DNA of 64,000 bases, taken from positions 647,545 through 711,544 of the forward strand of contig JACJZV010000001.1 in assembly GCA_020635395.1 (NCBI GenBank), written 5' to 3'. Below the pieces are notes generated by a model. That model searched no databases and was not told the DNA's origin. It saw nothing but the letters and a program-made list of their open reading frames with translations. Positions 31,311-41,359 of this stretch are shown piece by piece. The translations under genes and the position numbers were made by a program. Every line of letters begins with the position of its first letter. Positions within the stretch are counted from its first letter, which is position 1. Origin of the DNA: Flavobacteriales bacterium. Lineage in GTDB: Bacteria > Bacteroidota > Bacteroidia > NS11-12g > UBA9320.

Positions 31311-32411
31311 ATGAATCAACTGATAGATACGAGATACTTGAAATATCTAAAACATTTTCTTATACTGCTGTCGGTATTTGCAGTTGGTGGGTTTATGAGT
31401 GGTTGTGGCCCCGAACCACCGCCAGAAATTATTGGCCCCGGCAGCAAAGCCGATACCGCACTGGTGGAACGAACAGATTTGCCACCTTTACGAATTCCGG
31501 CAGACAACCCCCTTACATTGGCCGGAGTTGACTTAGGAAGACATTTGTTTTACGACCCAATGCTAAGTGGAGATGGCACTCAAGCCTGTGGAACATGCCA
31601 CAATCAAAAATTTGCTTTTACGGATAATGGCAATCCTGTGAGTCAGGGAATAAGAGGTAGTTTCGGAAAGCGTAATGCAATGACTATCTTTAATTTAATG
31701 TGGGTAGATAGCTTTTTCTGGGACAGCCGAGCAAAAACCTTACGACAATTAGCTACGATGCCCATTGAAAATCCCATAGAAATGGATGCACGGATACCTG
31801 ATGTTTTAGTGAAACTAAACAACTCGGCCATGTATCGGCAAAAATTTAAAGACGCATTTAATACAGACACAATTTTAAAAGAGCATTTAGAGAAAGCACT
31901 CGAGCAGTTTTTGTTAAGCATTACCTCTGACAATTCAAAATTTGATAGATCAAATAGAGGAGAAGTAGAACTTACAAGTGCAGAACTAAAAGGTTTCAAC
32001 GCATTAAAAATAAAAGGGTGTTTTAATTGCCATTCAACATCACTTTTAATTGACAATAAATCGCACAACACGGCTCTGGATCCATACCCTAAGGATTCGG
32101 GTAAAATGGGTTTTACAAAACTTACAAAAGATAAATTTAGCTTTAAAACGCCTTCATTAAGAAATATTATGGTGACCGCTCCGTATATGCATGATGGTCG
32201 TTTTATGACCATTGACGAGGTAATTCGGTTTTATGAAGAGGTGGGTAATAATCTGAATACTTCCAACAACTCTAATGCACCCAGAGACTTAATGACCATT
32301 GCTCCTCGAAACAGAATAACTGAGGAGGAAATGGCCGACATCAAAGCATTTTTGAATACGCTTACAGACGAAAAATTTCTGAATAATCCTAAGTATTCGG
32401 ATCCATTCTGA
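31311..32411 (+). CDS. Di-haem cytochrome c peroxidase (CCP/MauG family) lipoprotein
   Basis: Two CxxCH motifs (CGTCH and CFNCH), a lipoprotein signal, and about 366 aa. Confidence 0.8.
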   Translation: MNQLIDTRYLKYLKHFLILLSVFAVGGFMSGCGPEPPPEIIGPGSKADTALVERTDLPPLRIPADNPLTLAGVDLGRHLFYDPMLSGDGTQACGTCHNQKFAFTDNGNPVSQGIRGSFGKRNAMTIFNLMWVDSFFWDSRAKTLRQLATMPIENPIEMDARIPDVLVKLNNSAMYRQKFKDAFNTDTILKEHLEKALEQFLLSITSDNSKFDRSNRGEVELTSAELKGFNALKIKGCFNCHSTSLLIDNKSHNTALDPYPKDSGKMGFTKLTKDKFSFKTPSLRNIMVTAPYMHDGRFMTIDEVIRFYEEVGNNLNTSNNSNAPRDLMTIAPRNRITEEEMADIKAFLNTLTDEKFLNNPKYSDPF

Positions 32412-32895
32412 TGGTTTTTTCTCTCTGAATAATTTCGTGCCAATCATTTCCTTCGGCATATTTCTTTATGATAGCGTTTCTTTCAACCAACACTTTGGTT
32501 AAGTATTTTTTTAAGAATAGAATATCTGCGAGTCTTCCCAAAATGCCCAAAGGAGCTTGGTAGTCGAAATAGTCCGTCATCACACAACTTCCATTATTGT
32601 CTTCAAAAAGGTGCTTGTGGTAAAGGCTTTTGAAGATTCCTTTTTCCATTTCGTCAACAAAAAAATGCGGAAACTGAAGTTCTGTAATTCTACTGGTAAG
32701 ATGCTGGTATATTCCAAAATGTTTTGCCTTCCAAGTTACCGTTTCGTTCAAATCAATCAAACCTGAAACAACTCCCGAAATGGCTGTTTCATCCGTATTT
32801 GAAGTTGAAATTTGGTGCAAATCAATACTTCTCGATAAATCAAAAACCCGTTCAACGGGAGCTTTAATGATGGTTTGAAGTCTTATGTGCGGCAT
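32389..32895 (-). CDS. SRPBCC (Bet v1-like / polyketide cyclase-like) superfamily protein
   Basis: About 168 aa with a SRPBCC-like N-terminus. Converges on the preceding gene and overlaps its 3' end. Confidence 0.5.
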   Translation of the reverse strand: MPHIRLQTIIKAPVERVFDLSRSIDLHQISTSNTDETAISGVVSGLIDLNETVTWKAKHFGIYQHLTSRITELQFPHFFVDEMEKGIFKSLYHKHLFEDNNGSCVMTDYFDYQAPLGILGRLADILFLKKYLTKVLVERNAIIKKYAEGNDWHEIIQREKTIRMDPNT

Positions 32896-33017
32896 AAAAA
32901 CAGTGATAAAACAAATGTCAAAAGTAAAGAAATGGGGAGCAAATAACTTTTTTTAAAAATTCATCCAACCATTTTATCCTTAGCTTCGTATTGGTTTTTC
33001 AAAAGAGAATAAAAAAT

Positions 33018-35111
33018 ATGAGAAAGATACTTTACATTATTGGAATTATTTGGCTTTTGTTTTTGAGCAATACCCAAGCCAACGCACAATGCGATGCACA
33101 GTTTTCCTGGTATATGACCAGTGTTTCCGGACTGTTTTATTTTCAGGATTCTTCCGGAAATCAATATACACAGGAACATTGGGATTTTGGCGATGGAACT
33201 CGGGATTCCACATTTGGTTTTGCACAGCATAAATACAATAGTGCCGGAACCTATAAGGTTTGCAGAATTGTTATGGATTCAAAAGTGCCATGTGCAGATA
33301 CATTTTGTGTTACCGTAGTTTATACCACGGGCTGCGATGCACATTTTTCGAGTTATATAAAAGGAGACTCGGTTTATTTTGTAGATAATTCAACCAAGGC
33401 CGCCACCCATATATGGACTTTTGGCGATGGGACAACTTCCACAGCCAAAAATCCGATACACAAGTATAGTTCTTCATTGAGCTGGGCAACGGTTTGTTTA
33501 CAAATTTATGATAGCACAGCTACGTGTTCAGATCAATATTGTGTAACTATTGCCCTACCAAATGGCAACAATTGCAATGCGGATTTCGATACTTATGTAA
33601 GCGGAAGCTCGGTTAGCTTTTACCCCAAAGATTATAGCAGTAAAATATACCGTTGGACCTTTGGCGATGGTGATACATCAAGCAGTTTTAGCCCTTATCA
33701 TAAATATCAAACAACATCTATTCAGACTTTTAATGTTTGCCATTATGTGAGTGATTCAAGTATGGCTTGCAGTGATTCCGTTTGCAAAACGGTTACGGTT
33801 TATCCAGATACGTGCGATGTGAGTTTTACGCTCTCTCAATATAAAAATGTAGTTGCATTAAAAGCAAATTCAAATGTGGCAACCACTCATCATTATTGGA
33901 CTTTTGGTGATGGGCATTCGGTTAGTGGTGGTGGGGGCAGTGTTACTTACACCTATCAACCCGTCACAACAGCCACCACATATCAGGTGTGTCATTATAT
34001 AATGGATTCTACGTTGGGTTGCAATGATACTTCTTGTCAATACATAATAGTATATCCAGATAGTTGCAATGCAGCGTTTAGTACGCAAATTAGCGGAAAT
34101 TCGGTTCGATTTTCGGGAGTATATCAGGCCAATAGGTTTTACTATTGGACTTTTGGAGACGGAGCAACCAGCACAGGCAATAACTCGGTAAGTATTGTAC
34201 ACACTTATTCAAAACAGGGCACATATAATGCATGCCTCACCGTTTGGGATACTACTGGATGTCAAAGTACCTATTGCGATAGTATCGTGGTTGGAGGCTC
34301 AGCTACTGGTTGTCAGGCCGATTTCAGCTTTTATGTGATGGATACCATTGCCCATTTCAAAAACATGTCCTCGTCAAACACCACTCAATATTTGTGGAGT
34401 TTTGGTGATGGAACTTCTTCGACACAAAAAAATCCGAGTCATCATTACACCTATTTTGGAACATATACTGTTTGCCTTTATGCTTACGATAGTGGATGCG
34501 TAGATTCCATCTGCAAGTCGGTAACTATTGACAGTATGAAAAGTTGCACGGCATTTTTTAGAGTAGCGGTTGATACCAATACAAAGTATAAGTTGTACTT
34601 AATTAATGGCTCATCCAACAAATCATCACATCAATATTATTGGAATTTTGGAGATGGAGGCACATCAACCCAACGCAATCCAAGCCACCATTACTCAACC
34701 TTTGGTAGATACAATGTGTGTCTTACGGTAATAGATTCTTCAGCCAATTGTTATGATACTTATTGCGACACGTTAGGGCTTGATTCGTTGGGAAGGTTAC
34801 TAAAGGTTGATGGTTTTGATATTGAAGTTCTTGACCAACTGGGTGTTGGCAATAAATTGAATAAAAATAATTTTCGCATCTATCCAAACCCAACCTCAGG
34901 GCTGGTTAATATTGAGTTGGTTCAAGGAAAATCAGAAGGGGCAATTGTAAGAATTTATTCAATGAACGGCATTTTGATTTCTGAGGTTGAAATGGAAGCG
35001 GATGGAAAAGCGAATTTGGACATAGCCCATCAGCCCGATGGACTGTATTTAATTGAAATATCGGGCAAGCAAGTAATGGTAAGAGAGAAATTTATCAAAT
35101 TGACTAATTAA
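33018..35111 (+). CDS. Cell-surface protein with about 9 tandem PKD-like repeats and a T9SS C-terminal sorting domain
   Basis: Repeated unit WTFGDG.TS...NP.H.Y...G.Y.VC....D...C.D..C. The C-terminus FRIYPNPTSGLVNIEL...GLYLIEI is a T9SS CTD. Start trimmed to Met10. Confidence 0.75.
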   Translation: MRKILYIIGIIWLLFLSNTQANAQCDAQFSWYMTSVSGLFYFQDSSGNQYTQEHWDFGDGTRDSTFGFAQHKYNSAGTYKVCRIVMDSKVPCADTFCVTVVYTTGCDAHFSSYIKGDSVYFVDNSTKAATHIWTFGDGTTSTAKNPIHKYSSSLSWATVCLQIYDSTATCSDQYCVTIALPNGNNCNADFDTYVSGSSVSFYPKDYSSKIYRWTFGDGDTSSSFSPYHKYQTTSIQTFNVCHYVSDSSMACSDSVCKTVTVYPDTCDVSFTLSQYKNVVALKANSNVATTHHYWTFGDGHSVSGGGGSVTYTYQPVTTATTYQVCHYIMDSTLGCNDTSCQYIIVYPDSCNAAFSTQISGNSVRFSGVYQANRFYYWTFGDGATSTGNNSVSIVHTYSKQGTYNACLTVWDTTGCQSTYCDSIVVGGSATGCQADFSFYVMDTIAHFKNMSSSNTTQYLWSFGDGTSSTQKNPSHHYTYFGTYTVCLYAYDSGCVDSICKSVTIDSMKSCTAFFRVAVDTNTKYKLYLINGSSNKSSHQYYWNFGDGGTSTQRNPSHHYSTFGRYNVCLTVIDSSANCYDTYCDTLGLDSLGRLLKVDGFDIEVLDQLGVGNKLNKNNFRIYPNPTSGLVNIELVQGKSEGAIVRIYSMNGILISEVEMEADGKANLDIAHQPDGLYLIEISGKQVMVREKFIKLTN

Positions 35112-35130
35112 TTCTATAACCTACAATTAG

Positions 35131-35163
35131 GAGCGATTCGCCGCAGGCGAATCGCTCTTTTTA
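35131..35163 (+). terminator. Rho-independent terminator
   Basis: gagcgattcgccgcaggcgaatcgctc hairpin followed by a T-run. Confidence 0.75.
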
Positions 35164-35167
35164 GCTT

Positions 35168-35734
35168 ATGTCAATATCCCCAAAGCTCATAAAAGATTGT
35201 TTGCAAAACAAAAGGAGGGCTCAAAATGAGCTTTACAATGAGCTTTTTAGTTATTTGATGAACATTTGCATACGATACAAAACCAACTATGATGATGCGG
35301 GATCAGCTTTAAACGCAATTTATTTTAAGATATTGAAAGGGTTAGTTGCCATAGATATAAATAAACCATTTTTACCCTGGGTCAAAACCATTGCCATCAG
35401 GCACTTAGTGGATGAATATAGACAAAATAAAAAGTATATACCGAATGAGGCTTCAATAAATGATTTGGAGTTTATGGTTGAATCTACCGAAATGGATGTA
35501 AACCAAAAATTGAATGCCGAAGATATTTTAAACCTGATAAAACAGTTGCCCGAAACCACCTCGCAGGTATTCAACCTATATGTAATTGATGGATACAAAC
35601 ACAGGGAAATATCAGAAATGCTTGAGGTAAGCGAAGGAACTTCAAAATGGCACTTAAATATGGCCAGAAAACAGTTGCAAGCCATGTTGGCTGCCGAAAC
35701 AAAACGATTGCAAAACATAAAAGTAGAACTATGA
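35168..35734 (+). CDS. ECF-subfamily RNA polymerase sigma-70 factor
   Basis: Sigma-70 region 2 and region 4 (YKHREISEMLEVSEGTSKWHLNMARKQL). Confidence 0.8.
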   Translation: MSISPKLIKDCLQNKRRAQNELYNELFSYLMNICIRYKTNYDDAGSALNAIYFKILKGLVAIDINKPFLPWVKTIAIRHLVDEYRQNKKYIPNEASINDLEFMVESTEMDVNQKLNAEDILNLIKQLPETTSQVFNLYVIDGYKHREISEMLEVSEGTSKWHLNMARKQLQAMLAAETKRLQNIKVEL

Positions 35735-37044
35735 GCAGTTGGGATAAATTAGATGAAATGTTTAAAAAGGGGCATCAACAGGAATACAGCCCGGATGCCG
35801 AATTGTGGAATAAGGCCAGTGAACAGTTGGAGGTACTTTATCCGGTTAAAAAGAAAAGGATTATTTATATAGTTGCCGCTTTAGTGGCGTTGGTTTGTGT
35901 TGGCTTATGGTGGTCGATGAATAAATTAGATTCTACCAAAAGGAGTGATATTCAAGTAGAAAGTCAAACAGCAGAGGAAAGTAAAGTTGAAAATTTCACT
36001 GATTTTAATGATTCAAACACGAATGCAACAACTGAAGAATCAACAAAAAATGCAACTGAAACAATTCAAGAAAAAAGCTTCGCTAAATCATCAAATCCCA
36101 AAATAAAATATGAAGAGCCTTTATCAAAAAGGGGCGAATTGGGAATTGACGATTTTGCAAAACAGCTCGAAGAATGGAAGGCAAAACGGAGTTTTGAGAC
36201 GGGAAAAGGAGGTGAGTTGAGAGGAGAATTGCCAAAAGATAAAAGGGCAATATCAACGGATTATTTAGAGGCAATGTCAGCCAAAAAGGAAATTCAGTTT
36301 GAAAGATATGATTGGAAAGGTCAATCGGCAGGATTGAATTCGGTTTACAAGAATTCCAGACAATGGAGATTTTATGTTTCCGCTGAAGCCAACATGTCGG
36401 CAACAAATAAAACGCCAACCAGAAGTGTTGAAAGCCAAGAATTTGGAACAACCATGCGTTATTTTAACAAGTGGCAAGAAGTAACGAGTAGGGTAGGTGT
36501 TTACAAAAACAAATGGGCGTTGGAGATTGGGGCAGGACTGTCGAAGGTGCAAACCGAATCGGTGGTAAGAAACCAAGTTGTGGGTGAAAAAGTGGATACC
36601 ACCAATAGATATTTTACATTGGTCAACAGTGAGTATAATGCCAATGGCAGAAAAGTGTGGCTGATAAAAGAAATCGTGGAAACCAGAGTTTCTAAAGACA
36701 CGGCAAATGCCAAAATAGAATTAACTCAAAAGGCAGAATCGGCAAACTACATTCATCTGCCCGTTTCGGTGGCATACAAGTTTGTAAATAAGAGAACCTT
36801 TGGAATTTCGGCTCGTACGGGATTTGATGTTATGTTGTTGACCAATTCAAACATTGTTGGCAACGATTTCAACAAAATCCATACACGATTAAATTCGGGT
36901 ATGGAAGTGAATGTTAATCGCTTTCATTGGCAACCCTATTTCAGAATTTCAGGGGTTTGGAGTTTGAATTCTATTTATAAACGCGATATTTTGAAACCAA
37001 CAACCACAATGACTGCTTTTGGGTTGAGGTATGTTTTTTATTGA
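35731..37044 (+). CDS. Putative anti-sigma factor / membrane-anchored protein with a C-terminal outer-membrane beta-barrel-like domain
   Basis: ATGA start/stop overlap with the sigma gene. A single TM helix, a low-complexity linker, and a beta-strand-rich C-terminal region ending in the aromatic YVFY. Confidence 0.5.
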   Translation: MSSWDKLDEMFKKGHQQEYSPDAELWNKASEQLEVLYPVKKKRIIYIVAALVALVCVGLWWSMNKLDSTKRSDIQVESQTAEESKVENFTDFNDSNTNATTEESTKNATETIQEKSFAKSSNPKIKYEEPLSKRGELGIDDFAKQLEEWKAKRSFETGKGGELRGELPKDKRAISTDYLEAMSAKKEIQFERYDWKGQSAGLNSVYKNSRQWRFYVSAEANMSATNKTPTRSVESQEFGTTMRYFNKWQEVTSRVGVYKNKWALEIGAGLSKVQTESVVRNQVVGEKVDTTNRYFTLVNSEYNANGRKVWLIKEIVETRVSKDTANAKIELTQKAESANYIHLPVSVAYKFVNKRTFGISARTGFDVMLLTNSNIVGNDFNKIHTRLNSGMEVNVNRFHWQPYFRISGVWSLNSIYKRDILKPTTTMTAFGLRYVFY

Positions 37045-37577
37045 TAGGTTAACAATGAAAAAACAGGAGTGTCAGGGGGTAATAGATTTCGACCTCCCAA
37101 AAATTCAAGTTCTATAAGAAAAGAAAATTCAACCACTTGTGCCTCAAGTCGTTGCAGGAGTTTGAACCCTGCCCTGGCAGTGCCGCCCGTGGCAAGCAAA
37201 TCATCATGTAGCACCACTTTGCTGCCTGGTTTTAAAGCATCTTCGTGAATTTCTATGGTGGCATTGCCATATTCTAAATCGTATTTTTCTTGCAAGGTGT
37301 TATAGGGTAGTTTTCCGGCTTTTCTTATGGGGATAAAAGGAATATTTAACCGATTGGCTATAAGCATTCCAAACAAAAAGCCTCTTGATTCAATGCCAAC
37401 AACTGCGTCTAAATTCAGGTGTTTGTATCTTGTGGCAAATGTGTCGGCAATGTCATTGCATAGTTTATGGTCTTTCAAAACAGGTGTAATGTCTTTAAAA
37501 ACAATGCCCGGTTTTGGAAAATCAGGCACATCACGAACCACGCTTTCCAATTGCTGCGAAACGGTTTTTATATTCAT
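37038..37577 (-). CDS. apt: Adenine phosphoribosyltransferase
   Basis: PRTase motif VVLHDDLLATGGT and about 179 aa. Confidence 0.85.
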   Translation of the reverse strand: MNIKTVSQQLESVVRDVPDFPKPGIVFKDITPVLKDHKLCNDIADTFATRYKHLNLDAVVGIESRGFLFGMLIANRLNIPFIPIRKAGKLPYNTLQEKYDLEYGNATIEIHEDALKPGSKVVLHDDLLATGGTARAGFKLLQRLEAQVVEFSFLIELEFLGGRNLLPPDTPVFSLLTYQ

Positions 37578-37580
37578 AAC

Positions 37581-38135
37581 TTATTCAAGTTTAATGTCTA
37601 AATGAGAAACCAAACCAACCAAATTTTCTTTAGAAAACAGCGTTTTTTTTAACCTATTTTTCTCGGGAGATAGGATGAAATGGTTTGCAGTTCGGAAGTC
37701 TGTTTTTTCTAAAATACTTTGGTCAAAGGTGGCATAAAGCAAATTGCAAGTATCAAAAACAGCATTGGTCAAATCACATTCGGTAAAATCAGTCTCGGTT
37801 AAATCACAATTTGTAAAGCTGGTATTTTTTAGCAGGGTTTGATAAAATGAACAACTCTGAAGGTTGCAGTTATTAAATGTTACCGAAAGTCCAAATTTGT
37901 TGCACGTATCAAAATGAAGCCCTAACATTTTGCATTGGTCAAACAAAACATCTCGAAAAGTTGCATTAGATATTTTCACGAGACTGAGATTGCAGTTGAT
38001 AAACGAGCAATCAATAAACTTGAATTCCGAAAAATTCTGATCGCCAAAATTACATTCGGCAAAACGGCAGTTTTCATACTCACCAGCTTGCAGTTCTTTA
38101 ATGTTTTGATATTGTTGAGCGTCGAAATAATTCAT
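37581..38135 (-). CDS. Pentapeptide-repeat protein
   Basis: Tandem A(D/N)LxX-type pentapeptide repeats throughout. Confidence 0.75.
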   Translation of the reverse strand: MNYFDAQQYQNIKELQAGEYENCRFAECNFGDQNFSEFKFIDCSFINCNLSLVKISNATFRDVLFDQCKMLGLHFDTCNKFGLSVTFNNCNLQSCSFYQTLLKNTSFTNCDLTETDFTECDLTNAVFDTCNLLYATFDQSILEKTDFRTANHFILSPEKNRLKKTLFSKENLVGLVSHLDIKLE

Positions 38136-38606
38136 TTTGCAAACTTAATTTCAAAGCACCCAATCAAAGAAATTATTGGTGATAATGCAATTATATTGTT
38201 GATTTGGATAGTCGGTTTGCCAACTTTGCCGCGGTTGATTTTTACTTTTACTCCACTTAATCTCAAATGTGTGATAGATCGTTGTTCAATCCAGTCTAAA
38301 TCTGCACTCGAATATCGTCTCCAGAAATGTTAATACTTGCTCTTCCCTTGTAGTCCATATACTTCAACCATTCATTTATAAAAAAAACTCCCACAAAGCA
38401 CCCTTTGTCAGGCCGTATTACCATGTCAGAAAAATTGTTGATAAAAGCATATTTTTAGGATTAGTAAAAATAATTAGACTAAAGTTTATGGTTAATCGTA
38501 TGAATTAACCCTAATTATTCTGGTTACTTTGAATCTTAAACATGGATTTAATAAAAAACGGTCTGCATAAACTTCACTAAATTCGAGCCGTCAATTTTGC
38601 ATTAGT

Positions 38607-40049
38607 ATGTACAAACTCAAAAATTACATCAACGGACAGTTAGTGGAGCCAATTTCGGGAGAATATTTGGATAATTTTCAACCTTCAACCGGCAAGGTAT
38701 ATAGCCACATTCCTCGTTCTGGAAAGGCAGATGTAGATGAAGCTGTTTCGGCAGCCAAAGCGGCTTTCCCTGCGTGGAGCAGCATGAGAAACGAAGAGCG
38801 TTCGGATATTTTGTTGAGGTTGTCTAATTTGATAAATGAAAATTTAGAAACATTGGCCGAGGCCGAAAGCAAAGACAATGGCAAGCCTTTGTGGTTGGCC
38901 AGAGAGGTGGATATACCTCGAGCTCGCGATAACTTCGCTTTTTTTGCAACAGCCATAAAGCATTTTGCCAGCGAGAGCCATCGCACCAGCGATAATATTA
39001 TAAACTACACCACCCGAACGGCCATTGGGGTGGCAGGCTGCATATCTCCATGGAATTTGCCGTTGTATCTTTTCAGCTGGAAAGTAGCTCCGGCGTTGGC
39101 TGCCGGCAACACGGTGGTTGCAAAACCCAGCGAGGTAACGCCCATGACGGCCTACAAACTTTCAGAACTCTGCATAGAGGCCGGAATGCCTGCCGGAGTG
39201 TTTAACATTGTGCATGGATTGGGCACCGAAACCGGAAATGCCATTGTGGAACACCCCGATGTAACACTTATCTCATTTACTGGTGGAACCACCACTGGGG
39301 CTCACATAGCTCGAACAGCGGCTCCAATGTTTAAAAAACTGAGCCTTGAGCTTGGCGGCAAAAACCCAAACATCATTTTTGATGATTGCGATTTTGATAA
39401 AATGCTCAAAACCACACTCAATTCATCTTTTGCCAATCAAGGGCAGATTTGTTTGTGCGGTTCTCGCATATATGTGCAAAGAGGCATTTACGAAAAATTT
39501 AAAACAGCATTTGTAGAAAAGGTGGCTGCCATGAAGGTTGGAAATCCCAACGAATCAGACAGCCGTTTGGGAGCCATTGTGTCTCAGCCGCATTTTGAAA
39601 AAATAAAAAGCTACATTCAGCTTGCTCAAGAAGAAGGAGGAGTGGTGTTGACCGGAGGCGAAGAGGTGAAGCTAACGGGAGAAGAAGCAGGTGGCTGGTA
39701 TTTGCGGCCAACGGTAATAGAAGGGCTCAACGAGACCTGCCGTACCAATCAAGAAGAAATATTTGGCCCCGTGGTAACTATTCAACCATTTGATACGGAA
39801 GAAGAGGCCATAGCATTGGCAAACTCAACGGGATACGGACTTGCATCAACCGTTTGGACAGAAAATTTGAGTCGGGCACATCGGGTAGCCGATCAGTTGA
39901 AGGCCGGAATTGTTTGGATAAATTGCTGGCTTGTGAGAGATTTGAGAACACCATTTGGCGGAATGAAAAATTCTGGTGTGGGCAGAGAAGGTGGCTGGGA
40001 AGCCCTTCGGTTTTTTACAGAAGCAAAGAATGTTTGTATAAAGTATTGA
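38607..40049 (+). CDS. NAD(P)-dependent aldehyde dehydrogenase
   Basis: ALDH-family glutamate (ELGGKNP) and cysteine (QGQICLCGSR) active-site motifs. Confidence 0.8.
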   Translation: MYKLKNYINGQLVEPISGEYLDNFQPSTGKVYSHIPRSGKADVDEAVSAAKAAFPAWSSMRNEERSDILLRLSNLINENLETLAEAESKDNGKPLWLAREVDIPRARDNFAFFATAIKHFASESHRTSDNIINYTTRTAIGVAGCISPWNLPLYLFSWKVAPALAAGNTVVAKPSEVTPMTAYKLSELCIEAGMPAGVFNIVHGLGTETGNAIVEHPDVTLISFTGGTTTGAHIARTAAPMFKKLSLELGGKNPNIIFDDCDFDKMLKTTLNSSFANQGQICLCGSRIYVQRGIYEKFKTAFVEKVAAMKVGNPNESDSRLGAIVSQPHFEKIKSYIQLAQEEGGVVLTGGEEVKLTGEEAGGWYLRPTVIEGLNETCRTNQEEIFGPVVTIQPFDTEEEAIALANSTGYGLASTVWTENLSRAHRVADQLKAGIVWINCWLVRDLRTPFGGMKNSGVGREGGWEALRFFTEAKNVCIKY

Positions 40050-40067
40050 TAAAAAAGTGAAGATTAT

Positions 40068-40400
40068 TCACTTTTCAATTTCCTCCTCAGTTTGTTTATC
40101 CAAATCGGGCGTGGCAGAAACTCGTGATAAGAAATGGATGGTTCCTTTTCCTTCACATTGTTTATTGGCCAATACAATACCTAACACTAAGCCAACAAAA
40201 GTCAGAAATATGCCGATAATCAACGTGTCGATTGTTTGATTTCCCATGTAGATAAAAGCTCCAATGGCCGCACCAATCAGTGCAGGAGAAAGAACAATAA
40301 GCACCCAACCAGCAATTTCAAACACCAGTTCCAAATAGTAAAAACCATCTTTCTTCGTTTCTTTTTTCATATCGTTTATGTTTTTGTATAAATGAAACAA
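40068..40400 (-). CDS. Small membrane protein (2 TM)
   Basis: Hydrophobic segments only. Confidence 0.35.
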   Translation of the reverse strand: MFHLYKNINDMKKETKKDGFYYLELVFEIAGWVLIVLSPALIGAAIGAFIYMGNQTIDTLIIGIFLTFVGLVLGIVLANKQCEGKGTIHFLSRVSATPDLDKQTEEEIEK

Positions 40401-40430
40401 CCACTTGATGCTTTAAGAAAGGCAAAATCT

Positions 40431-41273
40431 TTATTCTAAAAAGAAAACAATAGTACTTACCACACGTGCTTTTTGCAAGTATGGCTCTTTGGGTTTTTCA
40501 CTGTATCCACCCATGTCTTCATCATAATAATATTGCCCGGCAATGGTAATTTGACCTTGTGAAGCGGTTTTTATTTTTCCCAGTTTTGCCTTCGAATCGT
40601 TTGCAAATTGCTCTCCGGCCACACGTGCATTTTTTGTGCTTTCGGCTATTAACTGAGGTTTGATAGAGTTTAATTCAGGGAAGACGTAATTGCTTGAAAT
40701 ATTGGATGTTAAGTCTTTGCTGATTAAATCCAACTCAATTTCCGACACTTTGTCTTCTGTCGTTTTCACATCTTTCGACTGAATTGTTAAACTTTGTGTT
40801 ATGGTGTATCTATCTATTTTAACTTCTGTTTGTACTCCGTTTATCCACCTTGCCTCGTAATATTTCTGCCGATCATATACATTTATATTGTTAATTTTTA
40901 GTTCGTTTTCGTTGTATCCTTTTTTCTTGAGATAAGAAACAATTGAATTCTTCTTCGTTTCTGTACGCTGAATAATATCTTGCAATTCATCTCCCGAAAA
41001 TGAAAAACTCAACGAAATGGTGGCACTTTCTGCCGTCATATTCATTTCGGCCAATCCTTTTACGGTTACTATTCTATCTTTATCACTAAATGTTTTTAAT
41101 CCTTTGTAGATAAAAAAACCTAACGAAAGAAGCCCTAACAATATAAAAACGCCAACTCCAATGGATTTTGATAAATCTCTGTTTTCCATAATGTCTTTTT
41201 TTTTGTTGTTACTCAAAATGCATTTGAATACATATTTTCTTATTTCGTAATTAAACCCTTTACCATCATTCAA
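40431..41273 (-). CDS. SIMPL (DUF541) domain protein, membrane-anchored
   Basis: N-terminal TM helix followed by a SIMPL-like region. The start may be the internal Met (MENRDL) at about 41189. Confidence 0.45.
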   Translation of the reverse strand: MNDGKGFNYEIRKYVFKCILSNNKKKDIMENRDLSKSIGVGVFILLGLLSLGFFIYKGLKTFSDKDRIVTVKGLAEMNMTAESATISLSFSFSGDELQDIIQRTETKKNSIVSYLKKKGYNENELKINNINVYDRQKYYEARWINGVQTEVKIDRYTITQSLTIQSKDVKTTEDKVSEIELDLISKDLTSNISSNYVFPELNSIKPQLIAESTKNARVAGEQFANDSKAKLGKIKTASQGQITIAGQYYYDEDMGGYSEKPKEPYLQKARVVSTIVFFLE

Positions 41274-41359
41274 TTACCTAGTGCTTCACAATCGATTTTG
41301 GACAACAACGAAACCAAAATGATATGTTGTTTTGATAATCAATAAATGGCTCACTTTCT

